In this document: piece after piece, positions 30,201 to 45,528 of the stretch
Layout: every line of letters starts with the position of its first letter
Position numbering within the stretch: the first letter of the stretch is position 1
Origin: Trichoplax adhaerens
Lineage: Eukaryota; Animalia; Placozoa
Assembly: GCF_000150275.1 (NCBI RefSeq)
Contig: NW_002060943.1
Location: 4,670,008 to 4,734,007 of the forward strand
Direction: 5' to 3'
Length of the DNA: 64,000 nt
Translations under genes and position numbers: made by a program
The notes under the pieces: generated by a model
Databases searched by the model: none
Seen by the model: the letters and a program-made list of their open reading frames with translations, nothing else
What the model was told of the DNA's origin: nothing

Positions 30201-30535
30201 TAATTATTTTAATTGAAGGATTTTTATTTAATGCAATATCCTTTTGACATAAGGCTATCCAAGAGACGATAAATTTGACTATCAGAAGTTGGATTTAGTC
30301 CTACAAAGATAAGAAATATTGGAATGGACGCATTGTATTAAAGAACCTTTGTATATCCGATCTATAAACGCCAAAAATTTTTTCCCGTCATTGTTATGTT
30401 GTTTTAGGCTATATAAGTTCAGATCATTTTAAAAATTGCAACTTTGCATTAATTTTACCATCAATAATCGTCATTATATAACAAATTTTCATCACACTTA
30501 AAAATTTGAACAAGCTGCATCTATCTAGCGATAAA

Positions 30536-33500
30536 ATGAAAAAAATCCTTATTGGCGTTTATTTCACCATCAATGTCTATTGTATTTATGTAACAAGTTC
30601 AACACTTCTTACAGGCCAAAATTTTTCAATTGATAAATTGGAAAATGGAGCCAAAACCGCCATTACTATAGGAGGTACTTATTCACTTGATGGTGATGGC
30701 ACATTTTTCGGTGATTGCCTAATAGCCACTATGTTCGCTTTACAACACATCAACAATGACTCAAAAATTTTGGATAATTATCATTTAAATCTTACTTGGG
30801 GAAATACGAAGGTAAACATTGAAAATACTGTTACAGATTTTCTTCTCTTAAGTAACTGAAATTTCTAAATTCTATCAAGTGATTTCGGAAACTATTGGTT
30901 AAAGTTAGCTGTAATAGAATGATTGATTCAATTGTTTCATTCTTCCATCGCTTTTTCGATGCTACATTATCTTTTAGAATTAAATATCGAGATAACTATA
31001 ATTTCATAGTAAACATTGTAAACAGCGCCCGTAGTCAGAAAATTGAAGCTGGTTCTTGCTACATCTCAGAGTATAGCAATTTTATTTACTGCGTAGAATT
31101 ATGACAAAATTTTATTAACTTCAACTTTCAAAATTTTTAATATTATTATTTTGACTCGTGCATGCCAAGATATAAATATAACTGGCTAAATTCTGGTTTA
31201 TAAAGTCAGAATCTCTGAATTACATAATATCCGTGGTATGTTCTCTAAAATATTTTCAGGGCAAATATAAGCGACTTCTGAGGATTACCTTAAGGCTTCT
31301 CCCTTATATTATTGCTGTTTCTAAATCTAATAGTAAGGCTAACTTATGAACTACATCTTTTCTAGTAGATATTTGTCGATTTAATATAATTCTATAGTTC
31401 AGGAAAGTCTTCTTCTAAGCTTGTAATTTGTATACGGAGTTCGGCAGGGGATTTGTATCATATCTGAGGCAGGAACATGATGCTATATGCTATAAATTAA
31501 TTACTCCCCAACTACGATAGATCAAATCGATAGAATGTAAGGCCAATGAGATTTTTACAAAGTACATGCTAATTTAATTATCAAAGAATGATTATAAATA
31601 ACCAAAAATTAGACAAAGTAGCTAAACAAATATCAAGCCGTATTAAGTGTATCTAAGAAACAATTTCAAGATGTAATTTGTAATTAGTAAGGCATCTATT
31701 GACTATCATACTTGCATAACCAACAGAGGTACTGTGTAATGTGCAGAGTTCTCCTATTTGCTAAGAAAATTATTGATTAAAGCCGCTCTTGTGGTTTTGG
31801 CAGTGGACTGAACAAGAGTGATTTGATACATTTATCAAATACAAATGGTAGAAAGCGATTAAAAATCTTGATTCTCTGTTTTAGCTATGTCAAAAAGTTG
31901 TCTTTACATGACACGAATTTTTCTAAAAATAATTGGATGAAAGAGGTATTGAGTATAGAAGCGTAATTTATACTTGAAATAAGTTATAAAAATGCTATAG
32001 CTATTGGAGTATGAAATAAGATCGAAGAAGGATCGAATAGGAATTTTTTTAGTTTATTTCAGTGGTCTTGCAGTTTTTATCGTCGCATAACGATAACTCC
32101 TCCGGTAGCTGAATTTTGTTTTGATTCCTGATAAGTAATTGTGATTCAATTATTTTTCAACTATTTCAAACACTTTTAATTTATACTATCGCTCTCGCAA
32201 GCATTTCGTACTAGTTAAAGATTTCCTAATATACGTTCATGAAGAATGAATATGGTTCCACCTAGGATACTGAAAGCAAGCATTGTTTACCACGTGTATA
32301 CCAATTAAGTAATGATCAGGATAATATTATCATATTTTTAACTCTGAATAAAAGCACTATGTAATGGATAAATGTTTGTATCTAAAATCATAAAAGAAAA
32401 ATAATTATGATCCTATTAAACTAAAACATTCTGATATTGTAGTATTATTCTTTAATGAACCAGGAATTTTAATTATGAAATACAGTACCTTTCCTTACCC
32501 GTTTGATAAATTAAGTCATAGACCTTTAACTATTGCAATTTGGTGGTAATTTCCATAACATTTATCGAACATTTAGATGTAATTGTTTCATTTTATAATA
32601 CTAATCATTAGTTTTAAATGATAGAAAAGAAACTTCGACTCTTAAAGTTATTTATAAACGGAAGGAGGGATTGCGACAATAGCTGGAGCATTGAATGTAT
32701 GGCCATGAAATTATAGTTATGTTATAGATTATGTCAATCTGTCTAAAATTAAATCAGATTTTAATTTCAAATAAAGATATTTATTTATTTAGAAAAACTT
32801 TTTACTATTAATTAATTTTCGAACTAATTGTGGAAAAATGTAACAAGCAGTAGTTAATTTGATTGAAAATAGATGAAAACTATATAGGCGACCATTATCT
32901 CATTGAACTTTACGATTACATAATATCAGTAGTATTAATAAACATTCCTAACATTGTCATAAGACACAAGAGTCATAAATATGGTATTTATTTTCATAGT
33001 AATAATGTAGGGAAATAAAAAGTACTAAATTTACATAAATATATAATACTGAACTGTAATCCTATCTACGCGATTCATTATTTTAATGAGAATACTTAGC
33101 CAGACTGTACTGTCTGTTGTTTACAGTCTTGTGTTAACAAATTTTAAATATACGATTTATTTCTTACACAATCTGTCAAATTTGACTCTATACAGTACTA
33201 CTTACTTTTAACAGAATGAACTTGTTTTCGGGAAATACCTTAAATTAATTAAGATTCCTGGTTTACTATGCGTCGAGTAGGAATTTGATAACTGATTTTT
33301 TTCTACCAAAATAATTCTAACTTTTGATTCTATATTTCATAATCTCCGTATTACTTCACCAAAATCAGATTACATCTTCCTATTCTAATATAATGACTCA
33401 TGTATAATTAATGTGTTGAAATAAGAAATGTTTAATTTTTTATTTTTCAATCTATTGATCTTTTGTAGATCTTCTATAGTATTTAGCACATTTATTTCTA

Positions 33501-36500
33501 TAATGTCGTGTTCAATCTTCCCACGTATTTATAAAGGAATATTGTTACAATAGTTATTTATCCATTCTAATGAAAGCTAAACTACCCGGTTTATAATTTT
33601 TATTTCATATTATTAGCAACATTATACAGAGATTCAAAATTATACCAACATTGTGCATAAATGTTCCATAACAATGCTTGTATTTTTAGTTCTAAAATCT
33701 TGTACTTGGATATATTTACTGGAATAATATGATTTATAAAAATGATAGTAATTAGGCCATAACATTACAGATCAATTCCGTTATTTCACTCTTTTAAATT
33801 TATCACTCGATATTCGACAATATATATTAAAGTATATTTCGTAATGCAGAAAAATCGATTTGCTCTCATCATAAATACTATCGCGCTTATAATATCATCA
33901 TCACATTACTTTGATTATCGTATATAACGTCTATGATAAGTTTAGGGATATTCAATTGATGGCATCATGATTTCGGAAGTTTTATGATGCATTTTCTAGC
34001 AATTAAGGTTATTTGATAAAAAGCCTATGGCTGGTACATAATGCGAGATTTTGGTAATGAGTGTTATTTAATTGTTCATTTATTGTAAGCTAATTTTATC
34101 AGCATGACGATATTACTGCCTGAAGGTACTGCGCTTGAACAGTGATCAAATTTTATTTATGAGATTAATTTCAATTTATAGTTTCACCGTTACGATGCTA
34201 AATGGTTCAAAATAAGTCTTTGTTTGAAATTTATTTTCTAAAATTAAATTCAACATTATTCTGTCACGTGAAATTCATTTGAACATGATGAATTATGACA
34301 TGACTTATTTCTAGCGCACTAGACTAATAATTTGATATTCTAAAAGCAAATTTCCAACTAAACAATAGAGATCATATTAGAAAGGAATTCACACGTAAAT
34401 TTGCTTCTTTTAACCTTATCTTGCTCACCTGGATCCAGTAAGCCGCTTTTGGATAGCTTTATTGTTAAGTTAAATTAAATCAACTACATGAAGATTTTGT
34501 TTATTATTGTGTTATTGAAAGTGCTTACATATCATAATTCTTCCGATGAGATAGAAACTAAATCAATAGATTTTCTTTGTTACTGAATGTCCTTTAAATA
34601 TAGTTGAAGCATAAGACCATATTAAAATTTCAATAGTGAAAGAGGAATTCTGTTTTTAGTATTTTAAATTATAGATATTTAATAGAATTTTCTGGCACAT
34701 ATGGATCATTTATATCGAATAAGCTATATACCTATTTTGTTATTTCTGTATACTGACAACTCCGGCCATCGCCTTGTAATATTTTTAAAATTTGAATTAG
34801 AATTCACAACGGCATAACTAGAAATTCTTAAAATAGAGTGTAATATTAATATAAATGATATTAAAAATAGCTGAAACCGAAATAATAGAGTTTCAGAAAA
34901 AGATGCATACCAATAAATTATTACGATTGGTCAAATTGCTTCAAACGGGCTGCCAAAGTAAACACTTAAAAAATAGTAGTTACCGTGAGCTACTTATATT
35001 TTCCTAAAATATAAACATTTCCATAGATAGTAATAGAGGATAGGGGTTGACAGGTAATTGATAAATTTGACTTAAATGAAACCTAATACTGGAATGGGAA
35101 AAATTTTAAAAATAGAAGAGAACTTCACATAAACTTAATCAAGCCGTAGCTTCTTATACATCTTGACAATTTTTATAAGTAACTACTATCATAGATAAAA
35201 ATCAAGTTCTATCGGTTCAACTTATTATGGTATGGCCAACAGTCTATTGCTTAGGAAATTCATTTTCGATGTAATTAAATGACAAAAAATTTTAGTGCAA
35301 TCCTGGCATTGGAATGAAAGTACTGTTCCAGCACCTCAGTACTGAGCCGAAAAAACTGATGATACTAGGATCATCGTGCTCCCCCGTAACTGAACCAATG
35401 GCACAAACATCGAGAGAATTCGATTTGGTGCAGGTATGAGTCTGACAATAACCATCATAAAATAATTAGACTTTAGCGCTTTGTATATTCAGTCCATAGT
35501 TTGCTAATCAAGTAATATCATTAAGTGAAGGTACATTATCATATTTGCATCAAAATAAATAAGATATTGAAGGTACTGAGGCTAACGTTGGCTCGTTGGC
35601 AACTTTTAGGTTTCCTATATATCATCATCACCTGCCTTAAGTAATCGGAATATTTATCCATACTTTTTTCGTGCACGCTCTTCAGAAAGTGAGCGTATTC
35701 TTCCGACATTTGAAATTTTTAAACGCTTTAACTGGACAAGAATCTCTATCATTTCTGAGACAAGCAAAAATCTATATACTCTGGTAAGGAAAGAAATACT
35801 AGTATTAATTCAAATATTATTAATTATTTCAGTAGCATAAGACCATGGCTCAAATCTTGAAAGCGATATTCATTAGGTTATTATGAGTGCACTATAAAAA
35901 TTAAGTAGCTATCAAATCTTCTGTCTTCATTAACATCTTTAATTTAGCTATAAAGCAACGATGAAAGTAGTATGTTAAAGCGTTATGAAATCTGCAGTAA
36001 TAAAAATTACGGGTAGTGTATATTAATATCACAATTTCACTTCTGCGACAAGGTAACGTACAGTAAAAGTTCATAAGTAGCTACTGACTTAAACGCCCTT
36101 TACTTAACGTTAAACACACACAGCAAAAGACTGTAAAGATGAAACTTTTATTAGCAAAGATACATCTACAACTTTATACCACACTACTCAACTCAAATGT
36201 TCCCGTTTATATAGGAACCGTCTAATTTGTAAACAACAACATCATTATTATTATATCTTACTAAGAGAAACATCTCGAACTGAGATATTCCTCACATAGC
36301 TTTTCTATAAGAAAATATTTTGAATCTCTTACTCATACTTAATCGTAATCTAAGCTCGTACATTGTCTAATTCAATTATCATCAACTAGAACTTGAATCA
36401 TCTTACTGCTATCTATCACACAATAACAATCAATATCAAATATGTAATGAACTATTACAAACAATATCTACGTTAAGGCATTACTTATCTTACCTAGCAC

Positions 36501-39500
36501 TACAAATATAGATATTCTCCATACTAGCTACTACTGTACTTATTAAACTATCCTAATGACAAGGTAACATCGTAACAATTAATCACACTTAGTTCAGGAA
36601 TTTAAGAGGAAAGCGTAAACTACCAGATAACGTGAAGCAGCAAGTTATCCGTCTGATCAATATCTTAGTGCATCGTCACTATTTTATAAACAGCTGGAAA
36701 ATATTTATTTGATTAATTTAATTGCTTTAACGGGACAATTATGATATATTAAAATAAAAAATATTTACCGATCATAAATCACTGCAGGTAGCTAAACTAA
36801 ACGTAAAGTGACAGTAGAGAATATTAAAATGACCATATTAGTATAAGACTGTACCAGCGCCATTCAAATAATATTTCATTAAAATTGCACGATCACTGCG
36901 AGAAATTGCATCCACGAAATTTGATAATGAGATTAAGATTTGTAGCGTATACAAAGTGATATAAATACTACAAAAATGTTAGTTTGATTACATTTTTCAG
37001 AAAGGCATGATTATACCTAATATTTGTAATATTATTTAATACAGAGTTTGAATATTCCATGTATGATTAAGGATAAAGTTGATTTAGAAAAGTTATCGAT
37101 TAAGGTAACCTTAACAGATAGTGGCTTTGATATATACCGATCAAGAAATTCCAAATTTTAGAAAAATAAGGGCTTTATTGAATCTTATACAAAGATTAAC
37201 TACACACAGCTTTGGTCTAGCCCGAATACTACTACTAAAGACTTCTAGAAAGAACTAAGAGAATAATCTAAAGTTGCATGCTTTTATACTTCTCATAGCA
37301 TTCGCAGCTACAATCCGCATGGCAACCTTTTACCTTATATTACACATAGTTTTATTTATTTTTAGTAACACTATTCTACTGCGGACCATCATTTAATCCA
37401 ATATGAATATGACTACAGTATTACGTAGACATTATTCACACCAGCCAAAGTATAATGAATTAACCATATCCTAATATATGATTTACAGTTCTATTTTTAC
37501 CTATAACCTTATTAGTAACTCAATACCTTACTGTATTTAGTCATCTATACTCTAGCATAGAGTCTATACCACTACAGTCTATAGTTATGACTACCAAATA
37601 TCTCTTAGGTTAAATATCTACCGTACATTATACTAAGCATGGCTAGCAGTCTACAATCACAATACTAAATTACATTACAGTGGCATAGTTCAAGATGGTA
37701 CGATGCGGCGAATTACTTGATCTTTTTTAATTTGCTTTAAACTATAGCTAACGAATCAAATTATTGCTACCGCTAACCGTACCGGACTAAATATTGTGGT
37801 TTCTGCTGGTTTTGACACAAATGAAGATCCAGGTCAAGCATTGCAGTCTATAAAGGTTAATGATTATGAATATACATGTAAAATTATAGACCAAATTTCG
37901 AATTCTTATAAGTAAAGTAATACTAGAAGGCTAGTAAACATTCTGCGTAAATTTTGAGGTAAAATATTGATCGATCGCTTGATATAAGATAAATTTTTCT
38001 GCCGACTACATATCTAACGGAAAATTCATCATTATGAATGAATTGTTGAGCTTAAGAATAAATAAATTTTTTTATCCCAATACAGACGTATCTTGCTCTT
38101 ATTGATACATTTTTTATCACCATGATGAAAAAGAATATCGAAATCATTGCATTAATTATAAAATTATTAATAGAAGCTTGATGGATAATTTTAAATTCTT
38201 AACAGATGAAATCAAATCATTAATGACTAAATAATTTCTGTATTCAAAGTAGAATTCAAAAGTTCGCATTATATATGCAGGCTTTTATCCAGGACCAGGA
38301 CGTCGAGTGCTATGCAAAGTAAGAATTTTTATCTATTAGTATATGTATAAAGCAACAACATTTATATAGAGAGTTATTTCAAAGTTACCTAGATGATATT
38401 TAGTCCAGTTACGAGCTAGGAATAGCCTTAAATTGCAACAAGGATAGAGAGGGTGATTTCTATCCTTTACTACTGCTATTTGGAATACTAGACAATTGGT
38501 ATTCCAAGGCAGATACGGTTTAACGTAGGCAGACCTTCAAGACTTACTAGAAAATCACAGTCTAATTTATTGTCGGTGAACTCGCCGTTTATATAGGCTT
38601 AGGATCTAATACCGGTTTAGCTACACAAGTCACCTCGTCTGTTAGAAATTATCCAAATTAATACCCTAAAGAGATTTTATCTGTACAGATTAGATGCAGT
38701 CTAATCCTATTAAATTTACTGTAACAGTATTAAAATAATCAATGCTTATTAATAATTTAACAGATACATATATAGCTATCCTACTAAGACATTTCCTCTA
38801 AATTTAAGAGTTGTACTTTGACCTTAACAACTTAAAGGTGATAGATATAATCCAGTTCAGCTTGTTGGCAATTACCATTTTAGTCTATGTAATCCTAAAT
38901 TAAGGATATCAACTGCTAACCACTAAAAGTACAATTAAGGAGACCGTAAAACATTTCTGAGATATAAGCATATATAGAACGTAATATAGAAATAAATAAT
39001 ATGTCACGAAGATTACCTAAAAAGTCCCCTAAGTGGTTTCCATTAACATTTTAAAAGACAGCATAGAATATTATTCCTGGCTCTTGATATGTAAATATAT
39101 AGATAAAGAGCAATTTAACGAAGTGACAATTTTGTATGGATGATACAAGAAGTTTGATATGTTTCGTAGATAGCGATTCTTTACAGAATAAATTCCGAAT
39201 CTGATATACTATAAAAACAGTTGAATATTTTTACTGCTTCATGATAACACTGGGAAGTAGAGTAAATTCGACTAGAAATTATACTATTTTGAACAGTTGA
39301 ATGGTACTAAGTATAATGACTGATAATGCAGATATAGTGGTCTACAATAGAATTTGCGACTAAAATATTTGAGTATGGAAAACACTCTAGGTTTTAAAAA
39401 TGCAATTAGAAATTGCTCAGACTCACAATCTAGATATCAAACTTAAAGGCTCTTGTACTGCAATATTTTGACGACCGAATTGAGTTTGCATCTGTGACTG

Positions 39501-42500
39501 AAATGTTAACAGAAATGCATAATAATCATGATACATATATGAACGCGACCGTATGCGAAATCGGTCATGCGGTACCGTTCATATATATATATGCATTATA
39601 GGTCGCTCAGTCACGCTTGTCATGATACTGTACAGATATGCATCATGAACACTTAAATAACAGATACTGTGCGTGCTCGTATAAAAGTAAATTTTATCTT
39701 AGGTTCGTAGGCCTAACTTTATTACGGTTTGGTAAACTTACACAGAATAAGATATAGTCAGCCGCATTACAGACGGTTATCAATTGTTAGTAATAAATTG
39801 TGAGTTGTTAGTTCAATTGGCCGTTTTAATAAATAGCTTTTAGAATAAAGTTATGATTCTTAAGCTGAGTATTCTATCGTCTAAGACTCAAATCTAGATT
39901 TGGTAGATTAAAGTGTGCTTAGAGTTAGTTGCTTAGATAGTTAAAACTACTTTAGAGGAAAGAATCCTATTAATTTTTGTGTTGCAATCTCGCATGTGAC
40001 ATAATAGCAATAAAATATGCCCATTAAGTTTAGTCGATTATAGAAAGGATAGTATTATGTCTAAAAGTACTCTTTAATATAGCGATGAACATGAAAATAC
40101 TTTAATAATCATCTTGTTCAGTACCAACGATAAATAAATGGACGCGTATTTTAGAGATTATCTTCACATATAGTAGATTCCATTACAAAGGAATTGGTAA
40201 TTCTGGTAGGAACATAATAATTTCATTAATCTTGATATTTCCTGTAATATTACGGCACATGTTATGATCTCTTAAGATCTTTTCATTAACATTACTTTGA
40301 CCAGTCCTTAACATATACATATTATCACCTAGCTTAAAATAGACTAAATAAATTACAAATAAATATTATCCGATATTTACCTTGATATTGTATACCGTAC
40401 TTTACGTTCTCCTAATATACAGTATCTCACAGCATGGTTCTAATTAGTAGGAAAAAATTCCGACAGTAAATATATTTACGTTAATATTTTTGAAGACAAT
40501 AAACAACCTTATAAATATCCCTATGAACAACGTGAAGTTTGTTATGTAAACAGAGTAATTTCTCAGTAAAGGCTTAATTCCTATCTTTAAATTAAAACTG
40601 TCGCAGGCATATCATCTAGGCTTAGTACGCCCAAAATATGTCTGGGTCGGGCCAGGTTGGTTTACCACTCGCTATTGGTGGCGAAACCCGGAAGGCGGTG
40701 AGGTTGTCGTTGGAAAGTCAAGATGTAACGATACCATAATGGATTCGATGGCGGAAGGATATTTCTCCACGGATCCATTAGCTAAGTCTCAAAGCCCAGA
40801 CCCAACTATATCTGGCATGGTAAGGAGTTTTCAGAGTACAAAATTTATTGCTCGATAATTATAATCGTTGTTGATTATTCCTCATCAGTTTTTTTATTTA
40901 AAAATTTTTATCCGGATGCTATAGTTTGAAAATTTTTATAATTTAATGAGATTACTACAGCTAGAATATCGAGTCAAACTAAAATTAAAATGAAGATTGC
41001 TAGGATTTTCGATGCCGTTAGACTAAAAGTAATGTTCTGCTTTGCTTCTAAATTGGTTAGACAACGAACGAATGGATTGAAGCATATGATAATTTTCGAA
41101 ATTCTGAATCTTATTCAAAATATAAAGGAGGAATTAAATTTGCAACTTTTACCTATGATGCTACGTGGGCAGTTGCAGTAGCGTTAAATAATTCTATTCC
41201 ACGTTTGGCTGAAATGAATAAAACGTTGCAAGACTTTCAATATAATGATAAAGTGTTTTTAAATATATTCAAAAATGAAATGGCTAAAGTATCATTTCTA
41301 GGAGTATCGGTTAGAAGTTTTACCAATGATGAATTACTTGCTTCGATTGCATATAACTATCTATAGCGACATTAAGATATAAAACTATATAAACCTATTA
41401 CAAGAATACTGTATTCAACAAGATATAATGAATAAAATACTGCATTGAAGAAAAATTATAATTACAGTATTCTCATAATTCGGCTTTGTGAAAGTTATTA
41501 TTATCGTTACGAAGTTATTTACATTATAAATAGCGCTTTTGCATCTTTTCTTATTCTATTTTTGGCTGATAGGGTCCACTAGCATTTACAAATACCGGTG
41601 ATCGACTTGGCATAACTGTCATTAAGAGAATACAAAGTAAGCGAAAATTATCTTTAAAAGGCATTTTTATCATCGTTCAATGCATCATAATATACGTGTA
41701 TATGGAGCCATAATTTTTACCTTTAATTTTATACTTGCCTTATCTTATGGGTTATTTATTTGCTGTTAGGATATATATTAATTTTATGTCATATAATTTT
41801 TCTTCGTAATAATCTATTACTAGGAATATATTATATCTTCAAGAGTATGCTTTCATAAATTTATAAATTATTATTCTAACTTAAACAGATCTAGAGGAAA
41901 TTACTGTTGCACTGTACTACGATCAAGGTACTAGAGTGATTTGGAATAATTCTATCCAATTCAAATGGGGTACTCCGGGTACGAGCAAGTAAATTCGAAA
42001 TTATATGCGACTACTTGTCGTTTGATATATTACTTTAAAATTCTGACAGGTGATAAAGTTCCAATTGATTTTCCTGAAATTCGTCCTGAAAAAGAAGCCG
42101 TTCCATTATTCTTATACGTCTTTATGGTCATTCTTACATCTGCTGGCATTATTTTAGCTCTGTCACTTCTAGTATTCAATTACTACTATCGAGAAAATAG
42201 GTTAAAGCATTGTAGATTCTTATCAATAAATATGCCAATATTTCCGACAAAATCTATTGTTATAGCTATAGAGACTTCGATAAGTCGGCCGATATTGAAT
42301 TTGTTGCAATTCAAAAAATTATATTAGAGTATTAGTTGAAAAATGGGCACTGCCTATCGATTAGAATTTACTTAGAATGCGGTAGTTACTGTAGAGCAGT
42401 GATATGCATACATGTAAGCTCTCCTGAAGCAATGTATGAAATACTAATACCGCAGCTATTACTATCAACGAATTCGAAGGCATAACTCATCAGGAGTATT

Positions 42501-45500
42501 GGTAATTTTGAACATAGAACATATGTAGAGAATAAGATTGTAAATCAAGTACGAAAATACTAAAACAGTCCATGAAGTAAATAGGCCGTAACGCTATCAA
42601 TAACTAAATATAACTTAATATTCTTGCATCCAGACCTAGAAGACTATAAATTTTATCTATATTACTACAGAGCCATATAGAATACCAATATTTGAGAATA
42701 CGTTAGAATTATAGTAAAATCTTAAAGCAGTGCTATCCAATGCTAAATTTTAATTTACTTTTCCCTTGCTTCTACCATTACTGATCTTACAGAATTATGA
42801 AATTAACAAGCCCAAATATAAACAATGCCATCATCTTTGGTTCAATATTTTGCTACTTGTCCGTCATATTTCTTGGCATGGATTCAGAAACACTGGGAAT
42901 CCATTATCGATCTTTCATGACTACGGCCTGCTGGGTAAACCTTTTCTAGATTAATAGTGATTTAGAATAAACTGAATCCTCCTTCTATCGAGTCAATAAC
43001 TTTAAGTCGACAATACTGCGGACATCAAAGACCTTTATTTGAACTGTATATCATTTCAGCAGCATAATTTTTTGATTTATTTCCAATAGATTCAAGTTTG
43101 GTTACTGCTATTAGGATTTATGTTAGGATTTAGTGCACTTTTTGCTAAAACTTGGCGTTTGTACGTTATATTTACCAATAAAACTGGCAAAAGCAAGGTA
43201 ATTTTCACTCCATGAGGGCTTAATTTTATTAATACTAGAGTAAATACAGTTCGTTACACTTTGCGGTATTTTATCGCTACTTTATTTATTAGTAATTAAT
43301 GCTCGATTTTATCCTTTTCATCTCATAGATCATAAAGGATAAGCAGTTATATGCTTTTATTGCCATAATTGTCACTATTGGAATTGCAATACTAGTTGCA
43401 CAAGCAGCTATTGATCCTATATACCTCGAAGAGCGCAACCTCTCTGCTGTAAGTAATAATCTTCGGAAGAAAATATTTTCTACCAGCTAATTTGAGTACT
43501 TGTCTGGTTAACTTTCAACTATCATATTCTGATTTTTAATAAGAATGAGAAAATACTGTTTCTCCAAATGATTAACTGCGCATTCTTGATATATAACTTG
43601 GCTATACGTAGATACCTTATAAAAATGGAGATTTAATCGTGATTCCAGTCTCTATGAACTGCTTAACTAGAAATTCCGTCATCTGGCAGGTCATTATGCT
43701 AGGACCCAATGGTATTTTATTAGCTTATGGTCTGTTGTTAGCGTGGAGAACTCGAAATATTTCTATTACGGCTGCAAATGACTCCAAATACATTGGATTT
43801 GCCATCTACAATGTCACTATTTTTTCCGGTACTGCAGTCTTGGTTGGATTTACGGTCAGCCAACAGGCGATACGTTTCGGTATGATTGCGTCTTTCATCA
43901 TTTTATCAACGACCGGATCAATTGCGTTGATTTTCGTACCAAAGGTGAATCGATTATTAGACATCATAGATTAAACATTATATAGCAGTTTGTATTTTTA
44001 AGGCTTACAATATCAGCATAGTGAGAGTTTTGAAATGATTATTAATGTTGCATTTGTCTAAATAGATTTTACAGATTAAATATAATAGAGTTGCAGATGC
44101 AAATTCGAATGCTGGAGAAATGACTACATTCGGCAATGAAACTGTAAGGCTAATTAAATTAAGAATTGAATCAAAATTTATAGCATTTATTAATTTGGTC
44201 AATATTCGAGTTGGTATATATTAACGTACATATTATAAGATAATGACACCCAAATGGTGAAAGAGATCACTGCAAATGGTTTTACAGAATTAGCTTAGCT
44301 AATAATATTTAAATTTAAAAGTCTTAGCTTTGAACTTAAGATCAGCAAGGTAGCATGACAAATAGAATAATATTTTTTGGAATAAAATCGCCTAAACTTT
44401 AATATCCCTTAAACTGAAGCAATCTTCCATTATCTTGCGTTATATGATCAGACCCTCATTTCAATTTCATATTTTTTAATTGATAGCTGGAAGAAAAGAT
44501 TAACCGGCTGCAGTTGGTCGTGGAAGAGAAGGACAAAAACATTAAAAAGGTAGGCTAGTGTTTATTACACTAATCTGTCCTTGATATAGACTGCATCGAT
44601 TCTCTGAATGTGAAAAATAGATAACTTAATTTCGGTTAAAACTATTAATCAAATAATTTACGTTATGTTCGAATGCATTATACGCATATATTTCCATACA
44701 TAATAGAATAAATGGCTGAGTGCGAATCCAATTACGGTATATTATTAACGTATAACTGGTTGACACGCGATTGCTATACTTCATGTACTGTATATACGGT
44801 CTGTATATATTTATAATGTTTACTTTACAATTTACAGTTTATTATACTGATATTGGGCATCATCGACAACTTTAAAAAGATGTGTACGCTATGAATTTAC
44901 GTTTCTAATGGAAGACCCATAAAAGAATATAGATTCATAATGTATTAATAGCTCTAGTTTCGAAATCTGTAGACTAATGAGTATACCACCCAATAGGCAC
45001 TTAGGATATCATTCCTTTCAATTTGAAAACCTCATAGATATATAACTGACTTCTATATTTTGCAGAATGAGAAAGTACTTTAATTCCGAAAGTTCATAAT
45101 TAAGACGAGTCAGTTTCTTATTTTGAAAATGATGAATAATATTTCTAGCCAATATATTACTATCTAGCATTCTCGAATTTATGCCATTCTAATATCTAAT
45201 GCAAGCTTACTCTAATAATCTTTCCTCTATTGGTATGATATGTAACATAATTTTACTGCTAATAATACTAATAATTTACTTCTAGTTGGAAACTGAATTA
45301 AGCAAATTGAGTGCAGATAAATGTGAGCTGCAAAATAAACCTGTGGAACAAGGTGCGTACAGACTAACTACTTAGTAATATTTTGATGAAATAGCTATAT
45401 ATTGTATAATTAAAGTATGATTTTAACTCCGATTAGTTAAAAACATGCTTGATTCGTATTTGAATGATATCGGTGCAGTAAAATACAGTTCTTCTTTTCG

Positions 45501-45528
45501 CTTATTAGCTGTAGGAGAGCAGAATTAA
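30536..45528 (+). CDS. GABA-B receptor-like class C GPCR, paralog B
   Basis: Exons 30536-30811, 35296-35433, 35610-35783, 37748-37855, 38253-38318, 40607-40819, 41061-41309, 41573-41636, 41889-41978, 42050-42200, 42793-42934, 43090-43197, 43329-43448, 43612-43944, 44066-44143, 44487-44549 and 45286-45352, with a putative last exon at 45509-45528. Signal peptide MKKILIGVYF...; motifs SYISSSPALSNR, KTWRLY, NDSKYIGFAIYN; coiled coil LEEKINRLQLVVEEKDKNIKKLETELSKL. Confidence 0.92.
37070..37680 (+). repeat. Dispersed repeat, copy 1 (inverted relative to ~62030-62650)
   Basis: Blocks such as TACTCTAGCATAGAGTCTA, GTAGACATTATTC, AATCCAATATG and GTCTACAATCA have reverse complements in the same order at 62030-62650. 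Diverged; boundaries approximate. Confidence 0.75.
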
